Counted from the first letter of the stretch, positions 55,348 to 64,000 are shown. The stretch is DNA of 64,000 bases from an uncultured Pseudomonadales bacterium (GCA_964528565.1 CAZGSP010000039.1:10411-74410); one strand, 5' to 3'. Made by a program: numbers and translations. Notes: a model not told the origin generated them from the sequence alone.

Positions 55348-56934
55348 TCATCTAGAGCATTGGGCCATCATCTGCACTTTGGCGTGCCAGGGAAAAATGA
55401 CTTCCTTGACCAGACATAATTTAGAGAAATTTCCCAGCCAAGCTGCTGTTCTTTGTGGCATATCGAAATCTTCTTCAATGATCAGGAAGGTTAAATTATT
55501 TTCACCTACGGATCTTTTTTTCGTCCACAGTTTATCAACGTCTTTAATATATTCGGGTTGATTGGGAAGATAAGCAACGTCGGCCGGTTGATAGCCGAAG
55601 GTTTTGGTGCCGTACCACCAAAAAAGATGGTTATAAGGAAAATCGTAGACGGAAGGAAGGTAACTATAGACCTTGAATCCCTTTCCGGCGGCGTTTTGAT
55701 ATACCCAATCAATTGCCCGGAGTTCGTTTCTCATATTACTTCTGTCGTCCGATGGTTTAAAGGCGACATCTCTGGTGTAGTCTATTTGTGACTTGAGCGA
55801 ATAGTAAATTGTCAGTCCTACAAGACAAAGGGCAAAGACTTTAATGACCGGAGTTTTTGATTCAAAGAGAAAATTTACAAAGGAGGCGAAGAAGATGACG
55901 ATGGGTATGGATAAACCAAGCGTGTACCAAATCTTCAGACTTTGGGGGAAAAGAAGATAAAAAACGGCGGCAAATAGAATGAAATAAAAAGACACGGACC
56001 AGACTGCAAATTCATCGGTCTTTGACTTTTCCCGAAGGGTCAAGAGAATAAAGAGAAAAATAATTAGACCAATGATAAACAGGTACGGCAGGTAGTTTGG
56101 CGGCAGATGACTGGAGCGGAAGACCAAAAGTTGGAAGTGATCCCAACGCTGAAGTAGTTTGTCACTCAAACTTATTTTTTCTCCCAACATGGTCCCCTTT
56201 CCGGTAACTTCACCAATTAACAACTTGGTCATAATAAACCCATGCTTTAACTCAAAAAGGGCCTGCGGAAGTAAGGTGATGGTGAATCCGATTATTAAAT
56301 TTAATAATTTTTTGATATTGGTTTTATCAAATAAAAGATAGATTAAGGCAAAAGGAAAAAGAAGAATACCAAAAGCGGCCTCAATTTGCAGAGCTAGCCC
56401 AGCGACCAGCCCTAACAGGAGAGTGTTTCTATCACTTTTATGACGTATGGCAGCTACGAGGACCGCAAAAAAGAAGATCGTAAAGAAAGGCATGGAGTTG
56501 GCATTCCAAAAGTAGCGGGCGGTATTAAACCCGGTGGGCATAAGAAAGAGAAAGAGAGCAGTAATACCGGCCAGGGAAACACTCTTCTTTTTGAGAACCA
56601 GCCACAAGACGATGACCGATATTTGATACCAAAGTATCTGCCAGTAGACTATGGCCGATGGGTTTCCTCCACTTAGAATAAAGGGGATCAGGTTAAAGTA
56701 ATACCAGAATGGTCCTAAGAGGACCCCATTGATGCTGGTAGTGGGTCCGACAAGTCTGGGGGAAAAGGTAACAACCATATGACGGATATCGACCATGTCC
56801 CGACCCTGATCCATGGTAAAGGGATAATTGCCACCCGTCACTTCGGCTACTTTGATGATTGATGTGGTTACCAGAATAATGACCAAAGGGATCGGCCAAA
56901 TATTTTTTGAAATAACATTCAAGAGTTTCTTCAT
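55348..56934 (-). CDS. Polytopic membrane protein, paralog D of the D-x-G-R-D / GP…GP-x-[YW]-Y family.
   Basis: FTMDQGRDMVDIRHMVVTFSPRLVGPTTSINGVLLGPFWYYFNL. The start is moved to the ATG (MKKLLNVISKNIWP…), giving a 4-nt overlap with the upstream GT4. Confidence 0.5.
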   Translation of the reverse strand: MKKLLNVISKNIWPIPLVIILVTTSIIKVAEVTGGNYPFTMDQGRDMVDIRHMVVTFSPRLVGPTTSINGVLLGPFWYYFNLIPFILSGGNPSAIVYWQILWYQISVIVLWLVLKKKSVSLAGITALFLFLMPTGFNTARYFWNANSMPFFTIFFFAVLVAAIRHKSDRNTLLLGLVAGLALQIEAAFGILLFPFALIYLLFDKTNIKKLLNLIIGFTITLLPQALFELKHGFIMTKLLIGEVTGKGTMLGEKISLSDKLLQRWDHFQLLVFRSSHLPPNYLPYLFIIGLIIFLFILLTLREKSKTDEFAVWSVSFYFILFAAVFYLLFPQSLKIWYTLGLSIPIVIFFASFVNFLFESKTPVIKVFALCLVGLTIYYSLKSQIDYTRDVAFKPSDDRSNMRNELRAIDWVYQNAAGKGFKVYSYLPSVYDFPYNHLFWWYGTKTFGYQPADVAYLPNQPEYIKDVDKLWTKKRSVGENNLTFLIIEEDFDMPQRTAAWLGNFSKLCLVKEVIFPWHAKVQMMAQCSR

Positions 56935-57995
56935 AATAAAACCTTGATTTTTTCGTAGAAGTTTTCTGTCGAGAAAATCTTTGATCTTTCCAGGGCACAT
57001 GTGGACATTCCGATCTGCTCTTTGGGGTTGTCTATTAGAGTGGCGGTCACTTTGGCGATCTCCGTATCATTCTCACATAGGAAGCCGGAGTCGGGTGTAA
57101 TAATTTCTTTCTGACCACCTTTGTTGATGACTATCGGAATACAGCCGGAGGCCATAGCTTCCACCGTGGTCATACCAAAGTGCTCCACCTTGTCCGGATC
57201 GGTTTGCTCATTGACTTCGTAACCGGCGGCATGCCAGAAAAATCTGGCTTTGGAGTAAAGCTTCTTTAATTCGTTAAAGTCCGGATTAACAACAAACTCG
57301 ACAGGGAGTCCTTTAGCCATCTTAACTATTTTTTGCATGATCACCTCGTCACCCTTTAAACCACCGGCCAAAATGAGTTTGTAGCCCTTGACCTTCTTGG
57401 ATAACTTTTTGAAGGCCTCGATAAGGACGTCCTGCCGTTTGCCGTGTGAGGGAGAATCGAAACGGGCAACCGAAAGAATAACATCTTCTTTTTTACCCGG
57501 AGTGAAACTATCTATGTCGATAGGCGGATAAAGGACGAATCCTTTGTCTTTAGGTAGATTTTTTTCAAGGACGTTTCGGGTAAAGTCGGAGTTGTAAACG
57601 AACTTTTTGATAAAGACATTCTTGAGATTGTTTACCGTGGGATTGCCACCCAACTTTTTGAAGGGTACCTGAAAGTGAATGATATTGTTCTTGGAAAACA
57701 AGAAGGGGAGACTTCCGTCACTGACCCAAAAGATCAGATCGTAGTCTTTGGTGAACTGGAGCCGTTCGGTGTAAGCGGATTTTTGACTGCAAAGGCCGTA
57801 TGCTTCCTCATCAATAGATATTTTGGAGAGATCCAGACCAAAGCGAAGCTCGGCGGACTTTAATTCATTTTTACTGGGCCAGGCCAGGACGACCGAGTAA
57901 CCGTTTTTAATTAATCCCAGGGCGAAGGTAAGGATATATCTCTCCCCTCCTCCAAGGGTATCGATGTACGGATCGAAAATTAAAGCTTTTTTCAT
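56931..57995 (-). CDS. Glycosyltransferase family 4 (GT-B).
   Basis: …EHFGMTTVEAMASGCIPIVINKGGQKEII… and an N-terminal GGGERY motif. Confidence 0.7.
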   Translation of the reverse strand: MKKALIFDPYIDTLGGGERYILTFALGLIKNGYSVVLAWPSKNELKSAELRFGLDLSKISIDEEAYGLCSQKSAYTERLQFTKDYDLIFWVSDGSLPFLFSKNNIIHFQVPFKKLGGNPTVNNLKNVFIKKFVYNSDFTRNVLEKNLPKDKGFVLYPPIDIDSFTPGKKEDVILSVARFDSPSHGKRQDVLIEAFKKLSKKVKGYKLILAGGLKGDEVIMQKIVKMAKGLPVEFVVNPDFNELKKLYSKARFFWHAAGYEVNEQTDPDKVEHFGMTTVEAMASGCIPIVINKGGQKEIITPDSGFLCENDTEIAKVTATLIDNPKEQIGMSTCALERSKIFSTENFYEKIKVLL

Positions 57996-58008
57996 ATTTG
58001 TATATAGA

Positions 58009-59649
58009 CTATTCTAATCCAGATGACGATTTTTCTGACTTGTAGATAGACACAAGTGTATTCGAATATATCAAGGGATAGCCAAATTTTTCAAAATTGG
58101 CTGATGAGGATGCATAGATGTATTTTATCCCATATTCGGAAATGATGTTTTCAATAGAGATTACATCGGTGCCGGACAGGAAAAAAGATTCCTGGACCGA
58201 CTCCCTTTTGGTGCCATCAATGCCCAGCAACCATGGTATTATACCGCCGGTAAAAAACGTCCTTCTCTCGGCGAGGGCCGATACTTTAGTTTTTTTGTTG
58301 TCAAAAATCGGATCAACCATGACGATCGCATCTTTGCCGGAATTTATTTTTAGATAGTCCAGAGCCATGATTTCTTCCTTGGGAATCACATATTCATGGA
58401 ATTTACCGGAGTTAAAGAAGTCGTGACCTAGAGAGTAAATAACCAAGGGTGATAGAACGAATAAAAGAAGCAGACCGTATTTATTTTTGGCTAAGAAAAC
58501 CCCCAAAAGAAATCCTAGGAAAATAACAGCAACCTGTCCAAATTGAACCGCATTAAATGGATCCGGTTGCGGAGTAATCACCAGGGGTAGGGACAGGGAA
58601 ACTAAGATACAAAGACCAAGAAAAATATTTTCTTTGAATGATCTTTTGAACGATTTGATTAAATATATCAAACCTAATAATTTGATCCAAAAATTGCCCA
58701 AAATATAAATGAATATTTTTTCCATTTCCATCTGAGCGAGCCGAGGCCAATTATTTTTTGATTGATAGTGTAAGTATTTCAGGTAAAAACCATTCAAGCT
58801 AAACCTCTCCGGATCTTCAACCATCTTGGTCAGGAGCCAGCCCGGTCTAAAAGTGAGAGGTGCATTATGACTAAAACCTGTCTTATCGCTGATTGAGAAA
58901 AAGATAATACCCGACAGAATAATGAGTAAGATGGCGGGAAAGATGTTTTTATATTTATTTTTTTCGATTTGAAGTAGACAGACAACACCAAAGGCAACGA
59001 CCATCGGTAAGGCAAAAAATATTTTGACTCCAAATAGAAGAGACAAAGTAATCGCGGCAAGATAACCGTATTTTATTGATTTGGATGATATCCATTGAAG
59101 GACTAAATAAGTACCCAGAATAATCAGGATATATCCAATACCGGTATGTAAATTGATTAGCTGGTCGTAAGGCTGGTCTAGTATGAAGGCGTTGCCGCTC
59201 CAATCCGAACCCTTTATAAACAATGGTTTAATAAAAGCTGCCGAACCAAAAAATAAAGTAGTAATGACACATATCACAGACCAAAAATCGTTTAGAGAAA
59301 ATTTCTGGGCTAACTTAAAAATGAGAAATACCAATAAAAAGGTAACCGATAGTGAACCTATTTGAAAGTAAGTAATAGCAATCGGAATACCGGAAAGAAG
59401 GCTGATCGTGCCCCAGAGAGCATCGCTGAAATAATGATAATTTTTTAGAGGAATTCCACTCATTAACGGAAAAGTTGGGGGGATTTGCTTCGTCGTCTCC
59501 ACCGCTAAACTGAGATGCCAAAGATTGTCTCCGCTGCCATTTATGAGCATCGTACCGTTCGGAAGAAGCCTACTAAGAAGCAAGGGAGAGGTGAGAATAA
59601 CCGCAAAGATTAGAAGAAATAATAGAACTATTATTCTTGCTTTTCCCAT
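58009..59649 (-). CDS. Hypothetical polytopic membrane protein with a soluble C-terminal domain.
   Basis: 546 aa. About 12 TM segments, then a hydrophilic C-terminal ~120 aa. It sits just downstream of a DxDER-type GT2, a GT2/GT-C-like pairing. Confidence 0.4.
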   Translation of the reverse strand: MGKARIIVLLFLLIFAVILTSPLLLSRLLPNGTMLINGSGDNLWHLSLAVETTKQIPPTFPLMSGIPLKNYHYFSDALWGTISLLSGIPIAITYFQIGSLSVTFLLVFLIFKLAQKFSLNDFWSVICVITTLFFGSAAFIKPLFIKGSDWSGNAFILDQPYDQLINLHTGIGYILIILGTYLVLQWISSKSIKYGYLAAITLSLLFGVKIFFALPMVVAFGVVCLLQIEKNKYKNIFPAILLIILSGIIFFSISDKTGFSHNAPLTFRPGWLLTKMVEDPERFSLNGFYLKYLHYQSKNNWPRLAQMEMEKIFIYILGNFWIKLLGLIYLIKSFKRSFKENIFLGLCILVSLSLPLVITPQPDPFNAVQFGQVAVIFLGFLLGVFLAKNKYGLLLLFVLSPLVIYSLGHDFFNSGKFHEYVIPKEEIMALDYLKINSGKDAIVMVDPIFDNKKTKVSALAERRTFFTGGIIPWLLGIDGTKRESVQESFFLSGTDVISIENIISEYGIKYIYASSSANFEKFGYPLIYSNTLVSIYKSEKSSSGLE

Positions 59650-60434
59650 TCGGAAATTATTTGGCGGTCGATGTTATCGTAAGTATCTTTTAAAGAAGGC
59701 TTTCTTTGCATCTCCCAAAGACGCTCGTAGGTAACGAACTTACTGAACATCTGGTAGATGATCTCGATCCAGCCCTCGGTGCCGTCCCGCCATAACCCTT
59801 GTCGGACACACCGGTACCAGAACTCGGAAAACATAATGCGGATAAAACGCCAACCGGCCATAGGCGGGTGATGGGCTGAAAGAAGCATTTGGGCTTCGTA
59901 TTTGGACCAGACTAGGGTGTTCGGGAGTTTTTCGTCGATATTTTTATGAGAAAGGTGGACCATCTGTTGTTTGAGCTTACCTACCGGGCCATTGATCTTC
60001 GGCTGTTCGTGAAGCTTGCCTTCCCAACGGACGAGTGCGGAACGCTTCATAAGACGGAGGACCCGGGGATCTCCCCAGTGACCCAGATGTTTCCCTAGAA
60101 AGACTTCGTAGCGGCTAATGGTGTAGGCGGCGTAGTCCGGATTTTGAATGGTGGTCAGAATTTCTCTGGCGAGCTTGACCGGGATCCTTTCGTCGGAGTC
60201 CAGATAGAGGAGCCACTCCCCTTTGGCCGCCTTGGCGCCGTCGTTGCGCCACTTGGAAAAACTATCGGTAGTGGTGTGGACGATCTTAACCCCCATTTGG
60301 CGACAAATATCCAGAGTCCCGTCGGTAGAGCCCGTATCTACGGCAATTATTTCGTCGGCAAATTGAGAAGATTTGATCGCCGGAATGATCTCGTTTTTGA
60401 CGTTGCGAGAAAGAATGATGATAGATAGTTTCAT
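59631..60434 (-). CDS. Glycosyltransferase family 2, D-x-D-E-R subfamily.
   Basis: MKLSIIILSRNVKNEIIPAIKSSQFADEIIAVDTGSTDGT … WLLYLDSDERIPVKLAREI. The start is moved to the internal ATG, since the 171-nt N-terminal extension in the track overlaps the upstream gene. Confidence 0.7.
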   Translation of the reverse strand: MKLSIIILSRNVKNEIIPAIKSSQFADEIIAVDTGSTDGTLDICRQMGVKIVHTTTDSFSKWRNDGAKAAKGEWLLYLDSDERIPVKLAREILTTIQNPDYAAYTISRYEVFLGKHLGHWGDPRVLRLMKRSALVRWEGKLHEQPKINGPVGKLKQQMVHLSHKNIDEKLPNTLVWSKYEAQMLLSAHHPPMAGWRFIRIMFSEFWYRCVRQGLWRDGTEGWIEIIYQMFSKFVTYERLWEMQRKPSLKDTYDNIDRQIISEWEKQE

Positions 60435-60435
60435 A

Positions 60436-61365
60436 TTATTGTTTTCCGGGTACGGATACCTTTTTGTTCCAGCTACCCCAGCCAAAATTCCGGGTGAAGA
60501 AGTCCCTGACGGCGATTTTCTGAGCCGGAGTACCGATAAGTAATTTTTTGACCGCCTCGCGGATGAGAGCAAACTTGGTGCGGGTCCCGGCATAGGTAGT
60601 GCCAAAGAGGAGTCTGTTCCTTGTCAGAAAATAATCGTTTAAGGGCGATCCAATACCCGAGCTCTGGGCCACTTTGTGCCAAAGCTTAATTTGGGGATCG
60701 ATGACCAATTTAAGTCCGGCTTTTTTGACGCGCATACAAAGATCGGAGTCTTCGAAATAAAGACAGTAGCGTTCATCAAAAAGACCTACATTTTCCAAAA
60801 CACTTCTTCTCACGATAAATAAACAGCCGGTAATAAAGTCCGTAGTCCTGATGCCGTCGAACTGCCCTCTGTCCACCTCATCGACACCGAGATGGGTGGC
60901 GTAGACATTGTTCCAGTCGTGTTTGCCTCCGGCGTACCAGATGACTTTACCCAAGTCGGCCGGTAGGTAATTTTCCTTGAACTCGAAGCCTTTGGCAAAA
61001 TAAATGAGTCCACCGACAACGCCGACACCGGTGTCGCTAATGGGAGAGGACAAAATGTTTTTGACTAAGTCTTTGGGAACCACCGTGTCGTTATTGATGA
61101 GAACCACGATGTCGACCTTGTCCTTGAGAGCGCGTTTGAAGCCGATGTTGTTCCCGGCGGCAAAACCCACGTTTCCGGGTGAGTCCAAGTAGACGGTGTG
61201 GGGGTATTTGACCAGGATTTTCCGGAGACTTTCCGAGCAAGAGTTATCCACACAGTAAGTAACTATTTCGACACCTTTGGGAAGGGAGTTTTCCTCCAGT
61301 TGAGTGACGACTCCGATCGTATCTTCGTCACTGTGAAAGTTAACCGTAATAAAGCCAATTTTCAT
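60436..61365 (-). CDS. Glycosyltransferase family 2 (rhamnosyl/galactosyl-transferase-like).
   Basis: IGFITVNFHSDEDTIGVVTQL … VEIVTYCVDNSCSES … NVGFAAGNNIGFKRALKDKVDIVVLINNDTVV. Confidence 0.7.
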   Translation of the reverse strand: MKIGFITVNFHSDEDTIGVVTQLEENSLPKGVEIVTYCVDNSCSESLRKILVKYPHTVYLDSPGNVGFAAGNNIGFKRALKDKVDIVVLINNDTVVPKDLVKNILSSPISDTGVGVVGGLIYFAKGFEFKENYLPADLGKVIWYAGGKHDWNNVYATHLGVDEVDRGQFDGIRTTDFITGCLFIVRRSVLENVGLFDERYCLYFEDSDLCMRVKKAGLKLVIDPQIKLWHKVAQSSGIGSPLNDYFLTRNRLLFGTTYAGTRTKFALIREAVKKLLIGTPAQKIAVRDFFTRNFGWGSWNKKVSVPGKQ

Positions 61366-61408
61366 TGACTTAATTATAACCTAAGCATAGGCAGTGAACA
61401 CGAATGAG

Positions 61409-62005
61409 CTATTTTGATCTAAAGTACTCTTCTCCTTCTTCCAGACTCTCTTTTATTTCTGCAGGATCGATACCGAGAGCCACCATGGAGGCGTTGTCGG
61501 TAGGTAAAATGAGGGCTCTTTGTTTCCAAAACCTGACCGATTCTTCATACTCCGGCGTCCCGGGGGTGAGACTTGGGTCGCTGGGCTCGCGTCTGGCGCA
61601 CGGACCCCAATAAGCGGTGTAGAGCTCAAATTTATCAGCCTGACGTTTCAAAACTATGGTCATCAAGTTTGTCTCCAGCTCTTTCCCTCCGACCACAAAA
61701 CGGGTGTACCAGGTACGGGGCTTGCGTTTGGCAAAAACCACTTTATCACCTTCGTTGATCGGCACACAGATCGAACTTCCGGGGATCCCTTCGGTTTCCA
61801 CTCCAAGGTGGGCAATCCCGTCTTTGTCGACCGATAGAGTGGCCGAGTCTATTTTTGACAACGCAGGCCCGATGGCCTCGTGGATATCTGGGTGGGTATA
61901 GTAGTGAGACTCCGGGGTGACAAAAACCTCTTCTCCGGATCCGAGGAATCCAATGGTTTGGGCAGTGTCCGCCTCTCCGGCTTTGGTTGTCTCAGGTGAA
62001 TTCAC
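61409..62005 (-). CDS. Hypothetical soluble protein (198 aa) in a compositionally atypical, GC-richer segment.
   Basis: No recognisable motif. Acidic and Gly/Pro-rich. It is the only sizeable ORF across 61.4-62.0 kb, and several antisense ORFs appear here, which is consistent with locally elevated GC. Confidence 0.4.
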   Translation of the reverse strand: MNSPETTKAGEADTAQTIGFLGSGEEVFVTPESHYYTHPDIHEAIGPALSKIDSATLSVDKDGIAHLGVETEGIPGSSICVPINEGDKVVFAKRKPRTWYTRFVVGGKELETNLMTIVLKRQADKFELYTAYWGPCARREPSDPSLTPGTPEYEESVRFWKQRALILPTDNASMVALGIDPAEIKESLEEGEEYFRSK

Positions 62006-62050
62006 GGAGTAATTATACCTCTATATCCGCCATAAATCTCTTGAGGTGTC

Positions 62051-62290
62051 CTACAATCTTTGAGGCAACTGGAGGTGAGCCTCGATTTTGGTTATCCGTT
62101 TTTCGTGCCCCATGTACTCGTGGTCAAAGAAATCAATCGTACCATCCAGATCTTTTTGAATTTTATTTAGCTTCTTGTGGATGGGTTTTAGCTTTTCTTC
62201 TAGTTTTTGCTCAAGCTTTTCTTCTACAACCAGCTCAACTTCCTCTCTAATTATGGTTCTGAGTTTGGAGAATTCTTGGTCAGTGATCAT
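62051..62290 (-). CDS. Small hypothetical protein (79 aa), predicted coiled coil.
   Basis: EEVELVVEEKLEQKLEEKLKPIHKKLNKIQKDL is heptad-like and charged. Confidence 0.3.
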   Translation of the reverse strand: MITDQEFSKLRTIIREEVELVVEEKLEQKLEEKLKPIHKKLNKIQKDLDGTIDFFDHEYMGHEKRITKIEAHLQLPQRL

Positions 62291-62309
62291 AATTCCAGTA
62301 TAACAATTA

Positions 62310-63224
62310 TCAAAGCAATTTTCGTTTTAATTTGAGAAAGAAGCTTTCGGTTTTTGACTCGGAATTTTCGAGTTTCGAGGTCAGAAACCAGTAGCGGAAC
62401 TCTTTGAATTTTTCCCGGAAACCGGCTTGCCAAATAGGAGTGAACTCTCTTTCGTTGCGGGGTTTGCTTCCTTCCGCTTGCCAAACCTTGAGATAGACAA
62501 GCAAAATGGAGAAAAATTGAAGCAAAGCGACCACCAGTCCGTGAAGACCGTCTTTGTAGCCTTCACCGGCAAAGAAACGGGAGAGAAACTCTCCGGTGGG
62601 TTTTTTGATCAGATCGGCCGGGTCGAACTTATAACCCGAGTCGATAAGCTCTTTGGACTGCTGACCGGAGTAGCGCAGTGCCCTCAGGAAATATTCGTCG
62701 ATCGTGCGGTAATGATGGTGCTCCAGTGCTTGGCCCACTTCTTCTTCCAGATTGATGCCCGTACCATAGGTTATCGGGACCGAATGAATTTCGTCTTGCC
62801 ATTCGACCGAGCCTTTTTTAAAAAAGCGGATGTTGAAGTCCGGCCACCAGCGGGAGTGCCGGAGCCATTGACCGAATACAAGATTTTTTCGCGGGACGCG
62901 GACAAAATCAACTTCATTTTTGTCGGCAATTTCGATCAACTTGGCGGCTAAAGTTCTCGGAACCCGTTCATCCGCGTCGACAACAAATATCCAGTCACCT
63001 AAAGCCTTCCTGATAGCATAATTCCGGCCGGGTTCGACGTAACCTACCGCTTTGTGATCGTAGATGCGGTCGGTGAATTGCTTGGCGATTTCCTTGGTGT
63101 TATCTTCCGACTCCATATCGACCACGACAATTTCATCACAAAATCCGAGAGACTTGAGACAGTCAAAAATGTTTTCCGATTCGTTCCGGGTATTGACGAC
63201 GGCAGAAATTTTTACTTTGGCCAT
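62310..63224 (-). CDS. Glycosyltransferase family 2, D-x-D-E-R subfamily.
   Basis: ISAVVNTRNESENIFDCLKSLGFCDEIVVVDMESEDNT … WIFVVDADERVPRTLAAKLIEI. Confidence 0.7.
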   Translation of the reverse strand: MAKVKISAVVNTRNESENIFDCLKSLGFCDEIVVVDMESEDNTKEIAKQFTDRIYDHKAVGYVEPGRNYAIRKALGDWIFVVDADERVPRTLAAKLIEIADKNEVDFVRVPRKNLVFGQWLRHSRWWPDFNIRFFKKGSVEWQDEIHSVPITYGTGINLEEEVGQALEHHHYRTIDEYFLRALRYSGQQSKELIDSGYKFDPADLIKKPTGEFLSRFFAGEGYKDGLHGLVVALLQFFSILLVYLKVWQAEGSKPRNEREFTPIWQAGFREKFKEFRYWFLTSKLENSESKTESFFLKLKRKLL

Positions 63225-63226
63225 AA

Positions 63227-63940
63227 TTAATTATATCTGTATACTTTTATTTCACCGGAGTCAAAGATCGTCTCCAAATTCAGATCAATTGGCGCCAGTT
63301 TAATTTTTTGAAGGCGGGTTTCATAAACATATTTAATCTGGTTTTTTTGCAGAAACGCGATCCCCCACTCTTTGTCCTCCGTATCATAAAAACGCTGAAT
63401 GTCTCTCGCCCTACTAATATAATTGAAGCCGGTAATGTCCAGATTGAGGATGTCGGACAAGAACTCCGGCTGGCCGGAAAGGGCTGAGATGTAAGCGGTG
63501 GAGACATAAGAGTAGAGGGGTTTGGGAGTGGAGACGCGGCTTGAGGCGGGTACGCTAAAAAGCGGGGACAAGACAATCCCCCTGGGTTGGTCTCTCAGAG
63601 TGTCCAACGCCCGGAGCTCGGTGAAACTAACCCGTGAGGCAGAGAAATAACCGATGTAGTCTTTGAGGGTTCCGACCGAAGTAACGGTAGCCAACAAAAG
63701 CAGGAACAGGATCAGGATAGGTCTAAGGCGCACTATATATTTGGCCATAAAGATCCCCAGAAAGAAAAGGGCGTAGTACATGAACTGGATGGTGTTCCAG
63801 GGATTTACATTTTGGACAAATAATAAGGGCAGGAGTAAACCGAAAGCGATGATCCACCGGACCAGAGATTCCGATAACCCGGAGCTTTTGGTTTTGATCA
63901 TTTCAAAAAAGCCCAGGAAACGAAGGCCCAGGTTGCCCAA
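63227..63940 (-). CDS. Hypothetical polytopic membrane protein. The true start may lie upstream of the track start, given the open frame towards the window end.
   Basis: 237 aa with several TM segments and a soluble C-terminal region. It lies immediately upstream of a DxDER-type GT2. Confidence 0.4.
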   Translation of the reverse strand: MGNLGLRFLGFFEMIKTKSSGLSESLVRWIIAFGLLLPLLFVQNVNPWNTIQFMYYALFFLGIFMAKYIVRLRPILILFLLLLATVTSVGTLKDYIGYFSASRVSFTELRALDTLRDQPRGIVLSPLFSVPASSRVSTPKPLYSYVSTAYISALSGQPEFLSDILNLDITGFNYISRARDIQRFYDTEDKEWGIAFLQKNQIKYVYETRLQKIKLAPIDLNLETIFDSGEIKVYRYN

Positions 63941-64000
63941 AAGGAAAACGACGAGAGCAAAAAGATTGATGGCACTTAATTTGAGGAAGCTGCCCGAAGC

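Noticed and set aside
62427-62951. 174-aa plus-strand ORF antisense to the GT2 gene at 62310-63224, and the 65-aa ORF at 62287-62484.
   Set aside because: The minus-strand frame carries clear GT2 DxD/DADER motifs, so the antisense ORFs are most likely artefacts.
1-64000. Looked for CRISPR repeats, tRNA or rRNA genes, IS-element terminal inverted repeats, transposase or integrase motifs, and toxin-antitoxin pairs.
   Set aside because: Apart from the two putative promoter regions, intergenic spacers are under 70 bp. No direct-repeat arrays, cloverleaf-like segments, or DDE/HTH transposase-like ORFs were seen.

Overview
Almost the whole 64-kb window is one tightly packed glycan-biosynthesis and glycosylation super-locus. 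Most genes sit on the minus strand. Neighbouring genes often overlap by 1-4 nt, which points to long, translationally coupled operons. I found no rRNA, tRNA, CRISPR array or mobile element.

By sequence motif I count the following.
- About 12 GT2 glycosyltransferases. Four form a distinct D-x-D-E-R subfamily, and two look like polyprenyl-phosphate sugar synthases of the GtrB/DPM1/ArnC type.
- Four GT-B (GT4-like) glycosyltransferases.
- A Wzx/MOP-type flippase.
- At least 14 polytopic membrane proteins that look GT-C-like. Eight belong to the PMT_2/ArnT family (glycosyltransferase family 39/83) with a periplasmic-loop DE motif, and six of these form a tandem array of diverged paralogs at 36.9-47.8 kb. 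One is PIG-V (GT76)-like. One is clearly YfhO-like, with a second weaker candidate. Four are dispersed paralogs of a family I do not recognise; they share the signature D-x-[GA]-R-D ... GP-x-S ... GP-[LF]-[YW]-Y-[YF].
- A methylation and modification block: two B12-binding radical SAM enzymes, a small ferredoxin, four class-I/FkbM SAM methyltransferases (two with N-terminal Trm112-like zinc ribbons), and an AsnB-type amidotransferase.
- GDP-L-fucose synthase (fcl), with no gmd partner in the window.
- A plus-strand operon at 11.6-16.0 kb. It encodes a KdsC-like HAD phosphatase, a shikimate-dehydrogenase-family oxidoreductase, a fused sugar-1-P nucleotidyltransferase / APH-like kinase, a GatZ/KbaZ-like TIM-barrel protein and a PMI-type cupin. 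This looks like a pathway to an unusual nucleotide-activated sugar or polyol.

The window starts inside a thermonuclease-like gene fragment. Near the right end there are two hypothetical genes that look richer in GC than their surroundings.

The gene density, the overlapping genes and the large number of GT-C paralogs are compatible with a small-genome bacterium such as Patescibacteria/CPR, but that is an inference only.

The ORF track accepts TTG and GTG as start codons. I moved several N-termini to downstream ATG codons where gene overlaps argued for it. All start coordinates are approximate.
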